A program made the translations under genes and the position numbers. 64,000 nt of DNA, from contig NC_068988.1 of assembly GCF_001194135.2 (NCBI RefSeq), positions 71,062,182-71,126,181 on the forward strand, in the 5' to 3' direction. The notes under the pieces were generated by a model. It had not been told where the DNA came from, ran no database searches, and was given only the letters and a program-made list of their open reading frames with translations. This DNA is from Octopus bimaculoides. Its lineage: Eukaryota. Positions 1 through 12,449 of the stretch are shown here, one piece after another; the first letter of the stretch is position 1; each line of letters starts with the position of its first letter.

Positions 1-95
1 GCAGACATAATGCGCTACTTCAAACAACCAGCTTCACCCACATATGAAAAGGACAGCGGTTAAGCAAAAATCTTTTTTAAGTATGGCACAATAGA

Positions 96-400
96 TTGTG
101 TGTGTGCGCGCGTGTCTGTCTGTATGTATGTATCTGCATGTGTGTACGTGTGTATTTATATGTGCATGTATGTGAGTGTATATATGTGTGTATATGTCTG
201 TGTGTGAGCGTGTGTGTGTGTGTATGCATTTATTTATATATACATAGGTATGTATGTAAATATATACATATATATGTATATATATATATATATGTGTGTG
301 TGTGTATACGTATTTATCTGTGTATATACGTGTGGGTGTGGGTGTGAGTGTGTAAATGTGTGTGTGACTGTATATGCATATATTTTTACTGTTAGATATA
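96..400. repeat. Compound (TG)/(TA) microsatellite
   Basis: Alternating tg/ta dinucleotide runs; source of the spurious VCVC/HTHT ORFs. Confidence 0.95.
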
Positions 401-589
401 ACTACCCATATATAACTCTGGATATACTCATCATTTTTCTCATTTTTAAATTTATCATATTGAATGTTATGTGAGGAGCTTTTGCTTTTCATAATCCACC
501 CACGTATTTGCCTTCTCATTGGTAATGCTCTCTTTTTTTAAATGCAAGTAGAAAATTCTCTGGGGAAGATGTGTCTTCGAAGGACCAAG

Positions 590-870
590 TTGCAAATTCA
601 GTAGCAACTCGAGGAAAAAATGATGTGCAGTTTCTCGCTTGTAAATGGCGCCAAAAGTTTTTGGTGAAAAAGACAATATGGCGACGAGAGAGACAATAGA
701 TGTATGTTCCTATACGATGAATGGCGGTCTGGTCGCGCAGACGAAGTCGTGAAGGAGAAAAAGGAATACGTATCCACTGGTCAGAAATTCGTCCGGTAGT
801 CACCATTTTAAAAGGAATTGTAGTGTGTACTATATGTCGGGTCACCATTTTAGATGGTGGTTGAATCAAG
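590..870 (+). pseudogene. Possible highly degraded mariner transposase N-terminal remnant
   Basis: Frame-hopping translation gives KWRQKF...DEWRSGRADEVV, resembling the mariner W..KF..G...DEPRSGRP motif; several stops. Confidence 0.3.
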
Positions 871-1238
871 TTGTGGAGCCATCTAAAATGACTCTATTCA
901 GAAAGCTATATTATCATTTGATACGAACACGATACAAATAATACATGGAACAAGGCTGTAACTTTAAATACTTTTAATGTCAGCCCCAAATATATATACG
1001 AGTTGAATGGCAATGGAAAGAATTAGATGTGTGGAGGCCATGTTCTTCTTCTGTGTACTACCTCATGTCTTCTAGCTGGCGCGTGTTGCGAGAGGTGGTT
1101 AGGTCATAACCTTGCACTCTGGTGTCCCGATGCAAAAGGGAAAGTCGCAAGGTCTCGTGTCTGGACCTTGTTGTCCCGAGCTTGTTCACACTTCTCGCTG
1201 TCAAGGGATGTAACACTATAAACCGGCCTTCACCAGTA

Positions 1239-1290
<52 letters not shown>

Positions 1291-1294
<4 letters not shown>

Positions 1295-1333
1295 GCGCAA
1301 TGGCCCAGTGGTTAGGGCAGCGGACTCGCGGTC
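1291..1333 (+). mobile_element. SINE family C head (tRNA-Arg-like), truncated by gap
   Basis: gaggcgcaatggcccagtggttagggcagcggactcgcggtc is near-identical to the head of the full copy at 58288. Confidence 0.85.
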
Positions 1334-1925
1334 NNNNNNNNNNNNNNNNNNNNNNNNNNNNNNNNNNNNNNNNNNNNNNNNNNNNNNNNNNNNNNNNNNN
1401 NNNNNNNNNNNNNNNNNNNNNNNNNNNNNNNNNNNNNNNNNNNNNNNNNNNNNNNNNNNNNNNNNNNNNNNNNNNNNNNNNNNNNNNNNNNNNNNNNNNN
1501 NNNNNNNNNNNNNNNNNNNNNNNNNNNNNNNNNNNNNNNNNNNNNNNNNNNNNNNNNNNNNNNNNNNNNNNNNNNNNNNNNNNNNNNNNNNNNNNNNNNN
1601 NNNNNNNNNNNNNNNNNNNNNNNNNNNNNNNNNNNNNNNNNNNNNNNNNNNNNNNNNNNNNNNNNNNNNNNNNNNNNNNNNNNNNNNNNNNNNNNNNNNN
1701 NNNNNNNNNNNNNNNNNNNNNNNNNNNNNNNNNNNNNNNNNNNNNNNNNNNNNNNNNNNNNNNNNNNNNNNNNNNNNNNNNNNNNNNNNNNNNNNNNNNN
1801 NNNNNNNNNNNNNNNNNNNNNNNNNNNNNNNNNNNNNNNNNNNNNNNNNNNNNNNNNNNNNNNNNNNNNNNNNNNNNNNNNNNNNNNNNNNNNNNNNNNN
1901 NNNNNNNNNNNNNNNNNNNNNNNNN

Positions 1926-1960
<35 letters not shown>

Positions 1961-3013
1961 ACACACACGCATGCACATGCCCACACATGCACACACTTAA
2001 ATGTCAGACGTCGATGGTTGAAGCAAAATCCTCTAAGGTTTCCTACTATTTTTTATCTCTGCAATTGAATAGACTAAGTAGAACGCACTAACTTTTCTTT
2101 TCTAACTTCCATATTACTTTGCTGGAGTTATTTAAATCGTTTATTAAGAGTGAGTGTCAGATAAAACAAATAATTTCAACGCTGATATTACTGTCAATGC
2201 TGATAGCATTAACTCAGGGCAGATCAGATAATACTAGAATATCCATGTAATTTATCAGATGTAATGTTATGCTTCTAGAAAATTCCATAAGAACCTCATT
2301 ATAAGTAGATCAGATTTATTTGGGTAGGAAGAATTTTACATCACACAATTTTATATTTTTTATGATTTTAACAATAAGATTTTTTCCTCCGCGCTATTTT
2401 TATCCCTGCGTGATAATCGGCCAGTTACCTTGTGTAGGTAAACAGTTTGTTTGTTTGTTTATTTATTTATTCATTTATTTACTTACTTTTTTAGATCAGC
2501 GGTTGCCTGAGCAACAAGTTTTTCCTCTGATATTATACACAGGGAAGGTAAAAGTCGAAAGAGCTTGGCACAAATGTCATCCCAATGCCATTCCTATCGT
2601 TGGCATTAAAATCATTACTGTTAAAGCGCACATATAACTCAAGACATCTCATCCCATCTTACATTCCTGGATTGGTATTTTATTTACCCATTCTGAAAGA
2701 ACGATTAGTAAAGTTGACCTTGGTATGGTTGGGAACAAATTCAGCAAGGCTTTCTCTCCGGCACTCTTACCTTCCTGCTTATATAATTTGGTGCCTTATC
2801 TTCATTCGATGTTTACGATGACTCGAATGATAAATGAATGGATAGGATTTTCAACGTAAATCCCAATAACAACAAGCTATATTTTATAATGGACATGACA
2901 TGTGAACTTCATTAAATTAACTCTAGCAGTTTTGGTTCTTATTTATCAAACCTGGATGAAGCAAAAGAGAAGTTGAAACAAGCAGCATTTGAAATCAGAA
3001 ACAAAGAGACGAT

Positions 3014-3445
3014 TGTGTAGTGGCGCGAAATTATAGCCGCCATTGAGGAAGTACTATTCTGCGCATGCGCAGGGGACTTCACCACCGGAAGCCCCTCGAG
3101 TGCGCATGCGTAGTAAAATTGGTTCTTAAAGAGAGAGTTTCACTTGTTAGGCAGTTGAGCTCAGACCTTCTACGTGACAACTCCTCGCTCCTCAACGAAT
3201 TACCACTTCACCTCGATGCCTTCGATGGTGATAGCTACTTGTTTCTCTGGCAGGCATCAAGGAAGCCCTTAACCTTCCATTACCAAACTACAATCTAATC
3301 AGCGTCTGCTAAGCTGAATGACAGGAATTGTGAAACCAAGCATCATCATAAATAAAACCTTTTTTATTATATTGTTAATTGTTCTATTGTCTCTTCATAT
3401 ATAATTGTGTTGAAAGGTGATAGAGGGACTAAAGTCTCTATGACA
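3014..3445 (+). mobile_element. Probable solo LTR (about 430 bp)
   Basis: TG...CA termini (tgtgtagtgg...ctatgaca), flanking 5-mers acgat/actat (4/5 match, candidate TSD), AATAAA at 3351, no internal coding sequence. Confidence 0.55.
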
Positions 3446-3539
3446 ACTATCAAACTTTTACAATTGTATTATAGAACATAAGGTCTGAACCTCATCTAAA
3501 TCACTGCAAGTCGTCAATTGCCCACGTACACAATCCTTC

Positions 3540-3630
3540 TTTCACTATTCTTTTGCTGGTTTCGGTCTTTGCACTGTGACTATGCTAGAACACCGCTCCA
3601 AGGGTTTGAGTTGATTATATCGATACAGAA
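3540..3630 (-). mobile_element. SINE family A 3' tail fragment
   Basis: Reverse complement resembles the gcggtg(c/t)tc(c/t)agcat...cagt...gactgaaac tail of the copies at 5840-5900 and 9630-9700. Confidence 0.6.
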
Positions 3631-3753
3631 TAGTTGAGTGCTAATTTGTCAACTTCTGTTTATTGGTTAGCTAAGTCTACCTTTGGTATAAATCAATGCA
3701 TAAATATTCTGCGATATTTTTATTCGAACTCATCGATAGCTGTATGTCTGCTT

Positions 3754-3806
<53 letters not shown>

Positions 3807-3808
<2 letters not shown>

Positions 3809-5905
3809 CGCAGGAGCGGCTGTGTGGTAAGAAGCTTGCTTCCGCGCATGCGTCGGGTTAGTTGCTGTCTGGATTTTGTAAGAGTCGGACGTAGTTTTTT
3901 GTGTTGCTTGGAAGATGTACTCAGACCTTGACGGGTCTGGGTTGTCGTCGGAGGAGGAGGAGCTGGTGAGGGTGGTTATAAAGATGGACGGAGTGTTGAA
4001 GACAAGGAGTTTGCTGAAGCCACGAAGGTGAAGCGAAGGGAGCTGGACTTGGCTGGTCTGAAGGAGTACGAGAAGATGGCTCAGAAGGTGGGCGGCAGAT
4101 GGGTCCAGACCTCCAGATAGAGAAAAATTGGAGCGAGGTGGCCAGCAAGGTGACTGCTCTAACCCAGGCCTGGTCTGGGCAGGCGTTATCCTTGCTGGGG
4201 GGGGGGGCAGATATTTATAGCATCAGTAATCACCTACCGTTTGACCGTGGTGCCTTGCTCCTATTTGTGGCTGAACAAGTTGAAGAGAATCCTTTTCCGC
4301 TTTTTGTAGAAGGGAGGGGAGCCACTTGTAAAGCGCTCTGTCTGCTGCCAGAAACCGCTAAAGGGTGGGCTAGGGATGCCTTGGCTGAAGATGCGAAAAT
4401 TCATGTTGAGGTTGAGGCACCTCTGGCTTTACCTGGATGGAGAGCAGCTGTGGTCATCGCACGTTCGGTTCTACCTTCCCCAGTTAACGTCCTTAACGGA
4501 CATTGGTGCATGGATCAAGCGGAGACCTAAGCTGGGAGACTGGCATTTGGAGTGCCGTCAGGCGCTCCAGCTACTCTCTCGGGTGGGCAATGCCGGCAGC
4601 GCGGATTTCTATAGCTAGTTAGTGGAATTTTTTGTCAGAAGACGCCTTGGGGGAGACCCTTGGCTACGGTAAAAATCAGTTGGTCAACCTCTTCAGGAGA
4701 ACGTTCGGCCCGGAGTATCTGGATAATTACCAGAAATCCCTGGCTTGACAATGCTTCCGTGCGGCGTAACTTGTTCGTGACAAGCTGTCCAGACACTGAA
4801 GTGCCGTCTCGCCAACATGCCCGAGATGTGGGCAAGATAAGGAAACCGTCTTGCACGCATTCGTGGAGTGTCCGGAGTTATCGAGACTGATAGCTTTTGT
4901 CGAACAATTGTTGTCAGTGATGGGAAGAGTACAGCTATAGGCTGAGTCTATCATCGAGATTTATGCCACCTCCTTTCCTTAACAGGGAATGGAAGACTTG
5001 TTTTCTCTGCGTAGTAGCCATACTGAAAGAAACAGTATGGAAGACGCGTGTGAAAGGTATAGTGACAGGTTCCTTTGTCTCTGGCCAGGGGCTGGTTAAC
5101 TTGTTTAGTTACCACCTCGGTAGTAAGATTAGGCTGAGGAAGAAGTGTCTGTCACAAGATAAGTTTGTGAAAAGATGGAAGCCTGTGGTGAGCAAGCTGG
5201 GTGTAATTTGCACCAGGTAAGTGAGGTCGGGTTAAAAAGTAAAGGTTCTACCCAGATAGCCGGGTGCTTTTCTTTCAACGGTCTTCATTGCGGAACGCAA
5301 TGACTTATTCAAAATTTTAAATTTTTATTGCATATTTCATCGATTCATTTTTCCATCCGATTGATTTGACATTTTTAAAACGTAAAAGCTTCTTCACCCT
5401 TTATGTTTGTCTGTCCTTGTTTGTCCACTCTCCGTAATGCCTGTATGGCAAATCTATATGAAATAAAGAAGCTTGCTTCCCGACGACATGGTTCCGGGTT
5501 CAGTCCCACTGCGTGGTACCTTGGGCAAGTACCTTCTACTATAGCCTCGGGCCGACCAAAGTCTTGTGAGTGGATTTGGTAGATGGAAACTGAAATACTG
5601 TCGTATATATATATATATATATATATAGCAATGTTAATTCTCTAAATGAAGTATTAACAGTAACTGCACGATAAAGTGTAGTATATTGCCACTTGTGTGT
5701 TTGCCCCCACCACCATCATTGCTTGACAACCGATGCTGGTGTGTTTACGTCCCCGTAAAATAGCGCGTCGGCAAAAGAGACTGATAGAATAAATAGCAGG
5801 CTTACAAAGAATAAGTCCTGGGGTCGATTTGTTTGACAAAAGCGGTGCTCCAGCATGGCCGCAGTCAAATGACTGAAACAAGTAAATGAATAAAAGAGTA
5901 AAAGA
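3807..5905 (+). mobile_element. SINE family A (tRNA-derived, internal microsatellite), split by a Tx1 insertion; parts 3807-3843 and 5466-5905
   Basis: Head ggcgcaggagcggctgtgtggtaagaagcttgcttcc resumes at 5466 with ...catggttccgggttcagtcccactgcgtggtaccttgggcaag; matches uninterrupted copies at 47005 and 62971. Confidence 0.9.
3844..5465 (+). mobile_element. Tx1/L1-clade non-LTR retrotransposon, internally deleted (5' end plus post-RT ORF2 C-terminus plus 3' UTR)
   Basis: Frameshifted translation GPDLQIEKNWSEVASKV...LSLLG...GGLGMPWLKMRKFMLRLRHL...VRDKL...CPRCGQDKETVLHAFVEC (CCHC-type knuckle); 15-bp TSD aagaagcttgcttcc at 3829-3843 and 5466-5480. Confidence 0.85.
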
Positions 5906-6139
5906 ATATATGCACAAATACACGCATATATACATATATAAATACACATATACATGCACATATATGCATATATATGTGCATACATACAGATATACGCACA
6001 TACATTCATAGCCTACAGAGAGAGAGAGTTTCCGTCAACTAAATATTACAAAATATATCGAGCACTTTACTGCTCGATACCGTCACTGCGTGGTTGTGAA
6101 GCCTTGCCTGTACACATATTACATACTATTATTTTTTTA

Positions 6140-6345
6140 AGGCGACTACCTTGCAAAATCGTTCCCAGATATAAATACTTAGCGGCAATTCTTTGCATTC
6201 TGAGTTCAAGTTCTGCCAAGGTGGACTTTGCCTGTCATCCTTTCGGAAGCGATGAAATAAGTACCAACTAAGTAGTGGAGGTCAATGTATCAACTAACCT
6301 TCAAACAAAATTACAGTCCATGGGCTTATATTAAAAAGAGGTTAA
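6140..6345 (+). mobile_element. SINE family B copy (degraded)
   Basis: ttctgagttcaagttctgccaaggtggactttgcctgtcatcctttcgg...aagtacca matches the family B body. Confidence 0.8.
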
Positions 6346-6867
6346 TTATTCTGGTTTGTTTTCCACGAGCAGGCACAGGGCTATTATAATTCAAAGGTGA
6401 AAAGAATGGACTCTTGTAAGGATCATGTGTTTCCACATATCAAAATGAATTAGATATAACTTGGAATTAAAAGCGAATCACAGCGTCAGCTGGCTCGGAA
6501 CCAATTTGTTATTATATCTCATTCACCACATGTCGCGTTATTATATAATAGTCAATCAAAACAGATGACTAATGGTTAGTTGATGTTGCAAGCAGCAGGA
6601 AATATGTGGTTTAATTTTCATATGAGTCTAGAAAAATAACAAAAAAAATAACGGAGTTAGAGATAATTATAACAACAGAAGATTTAACTGAATGATTTAC
6701 TATTTTGTGTCGACAGTCTGAAAGTTTACCCTTTCCTTATCGCAGCTGCACTATTCAGATAATTAATACCAGCAAAGTACAGTATTTTGATTCAGTTATA
6801 ATCATTATAATCATTCAGTTATAATCATTACTCACATCATTTTATACTAAGTGTAATATATTCTGCG

Positions 6868-7295
6868 ATACGTTATTTTCTACTCGAGGCGCAAGGTCCG
6901 AAATTTGCGGGGAGAGAGACCTGTCGTTTAGATCGACCCTAGTACGCAACTGGTACTTAATTTATCGACCCCGAAAGAATGTAATTCTTCTCTAGGTGCA
7001 AGACCCGAAATTTTGGGGGAGGGGGCCAGTCGTTTAGATCGACCCTAGTACGCAACTGGTACTTAATTTATCGACCCCGAAAGAATGTAATTCTTCTCTA
7101 GGTACAAGGCACGAAATTTTGGGGGAGAAGGATCTGTCGTTTAGATCGACCCTAGTACTCAACTGGTACTAAATTTATCGATCCCGAAAGGATGAAAGGC
7201 AAAGTCGACCTCGGCGGAATTTGAACGTAAAGACAGACGAAATACCGCTAAGCATTTCGCCCGGCGTGCTAACGATTCTGTCAGCTCGACGCCTT
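6868..7295 (-). mobile_element. SINE family B with 3' half in three tandem units (period about 106 bp)
   Basis: One head at about 7200-7295; unit ...tagatcgaccctagtacgcaactggtacttaatttatcgaccccgaaag occurs three times (aattcttc at 6983 and 7089). Confidence 0.9.
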
Positions 7296-7384
7296 ATATT
7301 CTGCAATATATTAAACTATGATTTTAACCAAATTAACGTAAGAGTACTCACCCATAATTCTTTCTTTTTTTTTTTTATAAAAGA

Positions 7385-8225
7385 CACATCATCATCATCA
7401 TCATCATCATCATCTTGTTACTATCATTATGAGCACGATCGACGTTGTTGTCAGCATCATTATCTTTCCAGCCTGCAAGTCAACAACCATCATTACAACC
7501 ACTGCCGCAGTCATTAGCATCATGACAACCGTTGTCATTGTCGTCATTTTGTTCATCATAATCGTCGTGATCTGGATGGAACCTTCCTACGTTAGCCTAA
7601 CATTACTAACAAGCCAACCACACAGCATGACAAGAATGACAAGACAGCAACATGATCCTGGGCCAGACTGGAGTATGATGTTGTTATCCACCGTGTTGTA
7701 ATCTGCAGCGTGTTACCCCCAGGTGATTGGTAAGCTACACCTGTGTTGACTAGATTTATTCAACTGCTTCATGAATCATCACCATCTTCACCACCGCTGC
7801 CGCCACAACGAACCACACAACCATTACTATCATTACCATATGTAATATGAACATCTTTATCGCTGCAGCCATATCATCCTCTGCTTTCACTTCCTCCATT
7901 TCCTCTTCCCTCTCCGCTTCCTCCTTTTCCTCCACCTCTTCCTCCACTTCCTCCTCCTCCTCCTCCTCCTCCTCCCCTTCATCATCATCATCATCATCAT
8001 CACCATCCTCATTATCATCACCCTCATTCTCATCCTCCTCCCCCTCATCATCATCATCATCATCATCACCATCCTCATTATCATCAACTTCATTCTCAAC
8101 CTCCTCCCCATCATCATCATCATCATCATCATCATCATTATCATCTTAAAATTATATAAAAAGCATCTCTGAAATAAATCAACATCTTATCACTCTCTCA
8201 ATATCAACGATATCATCATCATTAA
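7385..8225. repeat. (CAT)/(CCT)-rich trinucleotide low-complexity tract
   Basis: Runs of catcatcat and tcctcctcc. Confidence 0.9.
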
Positions 8226-8510
8226 CTTTATCACCACGTGCCAGCGAAGGAACTTATATGCGATCGCTTGGTCTGCTGAAAATAGCAGTAAATTTATTTC
8301 CAGTTGCACCCTACCCTCTTAAATAAAGGATTCGAAATAGACCTGGATATACAAAGTAAAAAAGAACGTGAATAATCATGGACAGAACAATTTTAGGTCA
8401 GCCTGATCAGGTTCTTATCTCGGTAGACTAAACAACAAACAGCATCATTATTATCATTGTCCACCCGCATCAACATCACTATCTTCATCATCAGCAAATT
8501 ATTATTATTA

Positions 8511-8730
8511 AGGTGGCGAGCTGGTAGAATCGTCAGCACGCTGGACGAAATGCTTAGCGATATTTCACGCGTCGCTACGTTCTGAGTTCAAATTCCGCCT
8601 AGGTCGACTTTGCCTTTCATCCTTTCAGGGTCGATGAAATAAGTACCAGCGAAACACTGGGGTCGATGTAAACGACTAGCCCCCTCTCCTAAAATTTCAG
8701 GCGTTGTGCCTTCAGTAGAAAGGATTATTG
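8511..8730 (+). mobile_element. SINE family B, full length, between (ATT)n tracts
   Basis: aggtggcgagctggtagaatcg...ttctgagttcaaattccgcctaggtcgactttgcctttcatcc...agtagaaaggatt followed by (att)n. Confidence 0.9.
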
Positions 8731-8849
8731 TTATTGTCATTATTATTATTATTATTATTATTATTAGATTGTCATGTACAAATACCTGGTTGTCCTCTGT
8801 GTCCTAATTCTGTCTCCTCTTCCCTCTGTTCATTAGTGTTGCTTATTAA

Positions 8850-9350
8850 TTCTTGGAAGTTACGCATTTCCTTCTCCAACTTGTATTTTCATTTCAGTTC
8901 CGTATAGCCTCCATCATGAGGTTCCTAATCATTAGTCTATGTTGAGTGCACATCCTTCATCGAGACAGAGTTCAAATTCACACTTAGTTCTTTATCCCAT
9001 TTTCTGGTGAGTATGAAGCCTTCTTGTCTGGCATTGATACGATGGCTGCTCGGCTTAATAAAATTTGTGTTGCTGGCTGCCATTCTAAGAGCAAATGGTT
9101 AAGGCATTTGCATCACAGGAATTTAAGAGCCCTGGCGCCACATCATCTCTTGTATCTTGGCCATAGTTATCATATGCACCGTAGTAACCATCCCGACGTT
9201 GTTTAGCATGTGTATTTCAGCTACCAGCGATTAATAACGATGCGATTTTCGTCTGTTATAAAGTGGTTTGCAAGGAAACTTCATGGAAACTGTCTATTTC
9301 TCTATCAGTCTTGGTTGAGGCGCGGAGACAGAGATCACCGTTGCTGTTGT
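8850..9350 (-). pseudogene. RTE-clade LINE apurinic endonuclease (APE) remnant
   Basis: Minus-strand translation ...DREIDSFHE...RDGYYGAYDNYGQDTRD...LLNSCDANALTIC matches the RTE APE pattern GY.G.HG..G.G.RN..G..LL.FC; many stops. Confidence 0.65.
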
Positions 9351-9629
9351 TTTGCATATAAGTATACTAAACTTAACTAATCTGCCATATATATTTTGAC
9401 TACATAAATTACACAATCTAGTTTTAGTTTAGCTACAAAGAGAACTTATCGCAATAGAGTAATGGTGGTTGGGACTAAATTTTCCAGAACAGCGGAGACG
9501 GTGTGAAGGTGGGTATATTCACCCGTCTCATTACAAGCATTTTGCTACATGTCTGAGAAAGATATATTTAGTTAGCACAGTAAAAACATTTTATGGATAG
9601 TCGGATGTATGTATGTATGTTTTTTAAGT

Positions 9630-10111
<482 letters not shown>

Positions 10112-10173
10112 ATTTATGTATATGTGTGTGTGTCTGTGTGTGTGTGTGTCTGTGTGTGTGCGTGCATATATGT

Positions 10174-10227
<54 letters not shown>

Positions 10228-10619
10228 NNNNNNNNNNNNNNNNNNNNNNNNNNNNNNNNNNNNNNNNNNNNNNNNNNNNNNNNNNNNNNNNNNNNNNNNN
10301 NNNNNNNNNNNNNNNNNNNNNNNNNNNNNNNNNNNNNNNNNNNNNNNNNNNNNNNNNNNNNNNNNNNNNNNNNNNNNNNNNNNNNNNNNNNNNNNNNNNN
10401 NNNNNNNNNNNNNNNNNNNNNNNNNNNNNNNNNNNNNNNNNNNNNNNNNNNNNNNNNNNNNNNNNNNNNNNNNNNNNNNNNNNNNNNNNNNNNNNNNNNN
10501 NNNNNNNNNNNNNNNNNNNNNNNNNNNNNNNNNNNNNNNNNNNNNNNNNNNNNNNNNNNNNNNNNNNNNNNNNNNNNNNNNNNNNNNNNNNNNNNNNNNN
10601 NNNNNNNNNNNNNNNNNNN

Positions 10620-10651
<32 letters not shown>

Positions 10652-12449
10652 GTATTGATATTGATAGGAAGGACAACAAAAGAAAGAAAGAGACCTCGAT
10701 ATTATGTAAATAGAGGAATTTATATATATATGTGTGTGTGTGTGTGTGTAGTGGCTTCATGCAGGCAGGCATAGCATGGATTCGTTTCTTGATCGCTAAA
10801 TTTCATTTTTCTCACGGTGAAACAATAGTCTTTCTGTGAGTGATACCAGTTACATTTACCAGATACCTTCGCTAAGTAGAATTATGTCTTTGCCAATTTA
10901 CCCTTCTAGCCTCTTCTAGGCCACCAAAAGTTAAAATTGCGATAACAGGTACCACCAATGAAATCTATTGTTCTCAACAATATGTCTATATTTCTAAGTA
11001 GTTTTGGATAGTTATAAATACTAGAGTTTGGTAAGTTAGTGAACAGAGACCAACTGGAGTCGTGGCCACAAGCAGGCAGTCACTAAAGACAAACGGCCAG
11101 AGGGAGAAAGAAGGTTACAACTAACCAACTATGAGACACAACTTCCCACGACTTTATAACTTTCGTTAGCTCAATTTCTTTTCTCTTACATCATTCTATC
11201 ACTATCTATGGTTTACTCTACAATAAGAACGTGTACACACATACCGGCCGAAATTAACTCTTTTTACCTCGCATGCTTTTCCATTTAAAAATTATACATA
11301 CCAACCCGTTGTAGTTGTGGATATATACAAAGTAACGGTAAATAAATATTTCTTTACAACTTCGATCACTGTTCTTCGTTCACTTTGCACAGCTGCAACA
11401 GCAACACTCGTTAAAATCGCTAACTGCCTACTCCAACATATAACACCAACAGTTANNNNNNNNNNNNNNNNNNNNNNNNNNNNNNNNNNNNNNNNNNNNN
11501 NNNNNNNNNNNNNNNNNNNNNNNNNNNNNNNNNNNNNNNNNNNNNNNNNNNNNNNNNNNNNNNNNNNNNNNNNNNNNNNNNNNNNNNNNNNNNNNNNNNN
11601 NNNNNNNNNNNNNNNNNNNNNNNNNNNNNNNNNNNNNNNNNNNNNNNNNNNNNNNNNNNNNNNNNNNNNNNNNNNNNNNNNNNNNNNNNNNNNNNNNNNN
11701 NNNNNNNNNNNNNNNNNNNNNNNNNNNNNNNNNNNNNNNNNNNNNNNNNNNNNNNNNNNNNNNNNNNNNNNNNNNNNNNNNNNNNNNNNNNNNNNNNNNN
11801 NNNNNNNNNNNNNNNNNNNNNNNNNNNNNNNNNNNNNNNNNNNNNNNNNNNNNNNNNNNNNNNNNNNNNNNNNNNNNNNNNNNNNNNNNNNNNNNNNNNN
11901 NNNNNNNNNNNNNNNNNNNNNNNNNNNNNNNNNNNNNNNNNNNNNNNNNNNNNNNNNNNNNNNNNNNNNNNNNNNNNNNNNNNNNNNNNNNNNNNNNNNN
12001 NNNNNNNNNNNNNNNNNNNNNNNNNNNNNNNNNNNNNNNNNNNNNNNNNNNNNNNNNNNNNNNNNNNNNNNNNNNNNNNNNNNNNNNNNNNNNNNNNNNN
12101 NNNNNNNNNNNNNNNNNNNNNNNNNNNNNNNNNNNNNNNNNNNNNNNNNNNNNNNNNNNNNNNNNNNNNNNNNNNNNNNNNNNNNNNNNNNNNNNNNNNN
12201 NNNNNNNNNNNNNNNNNNNNNNNNNNNNNNNNNNNNNNNNNNNNNNNNNNNNNTGGTTCAACGTTGGAAAATTGCCAGAAGGAAGAGGCTGAATAAAAGG
12301 AAGATAATGACGGTGACACGGTCAAACGAATTTCTTCGTACGCGCGTGAGTGTATGTTAAAATGGTGTATGTGAGTGTCTATGTATGAATGGAGATGAGT
12401 GTGTGAGTATGTATGTGTGAGCGAGCTGAAAAATATGTGGACCTGTGTA

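Noticed and set aside
1028-1217. Possible short solo LTR (TG...CA)
   Set aside because: Flanks ttaga/ctata do not form a TSD and no other LTR signal is evident.
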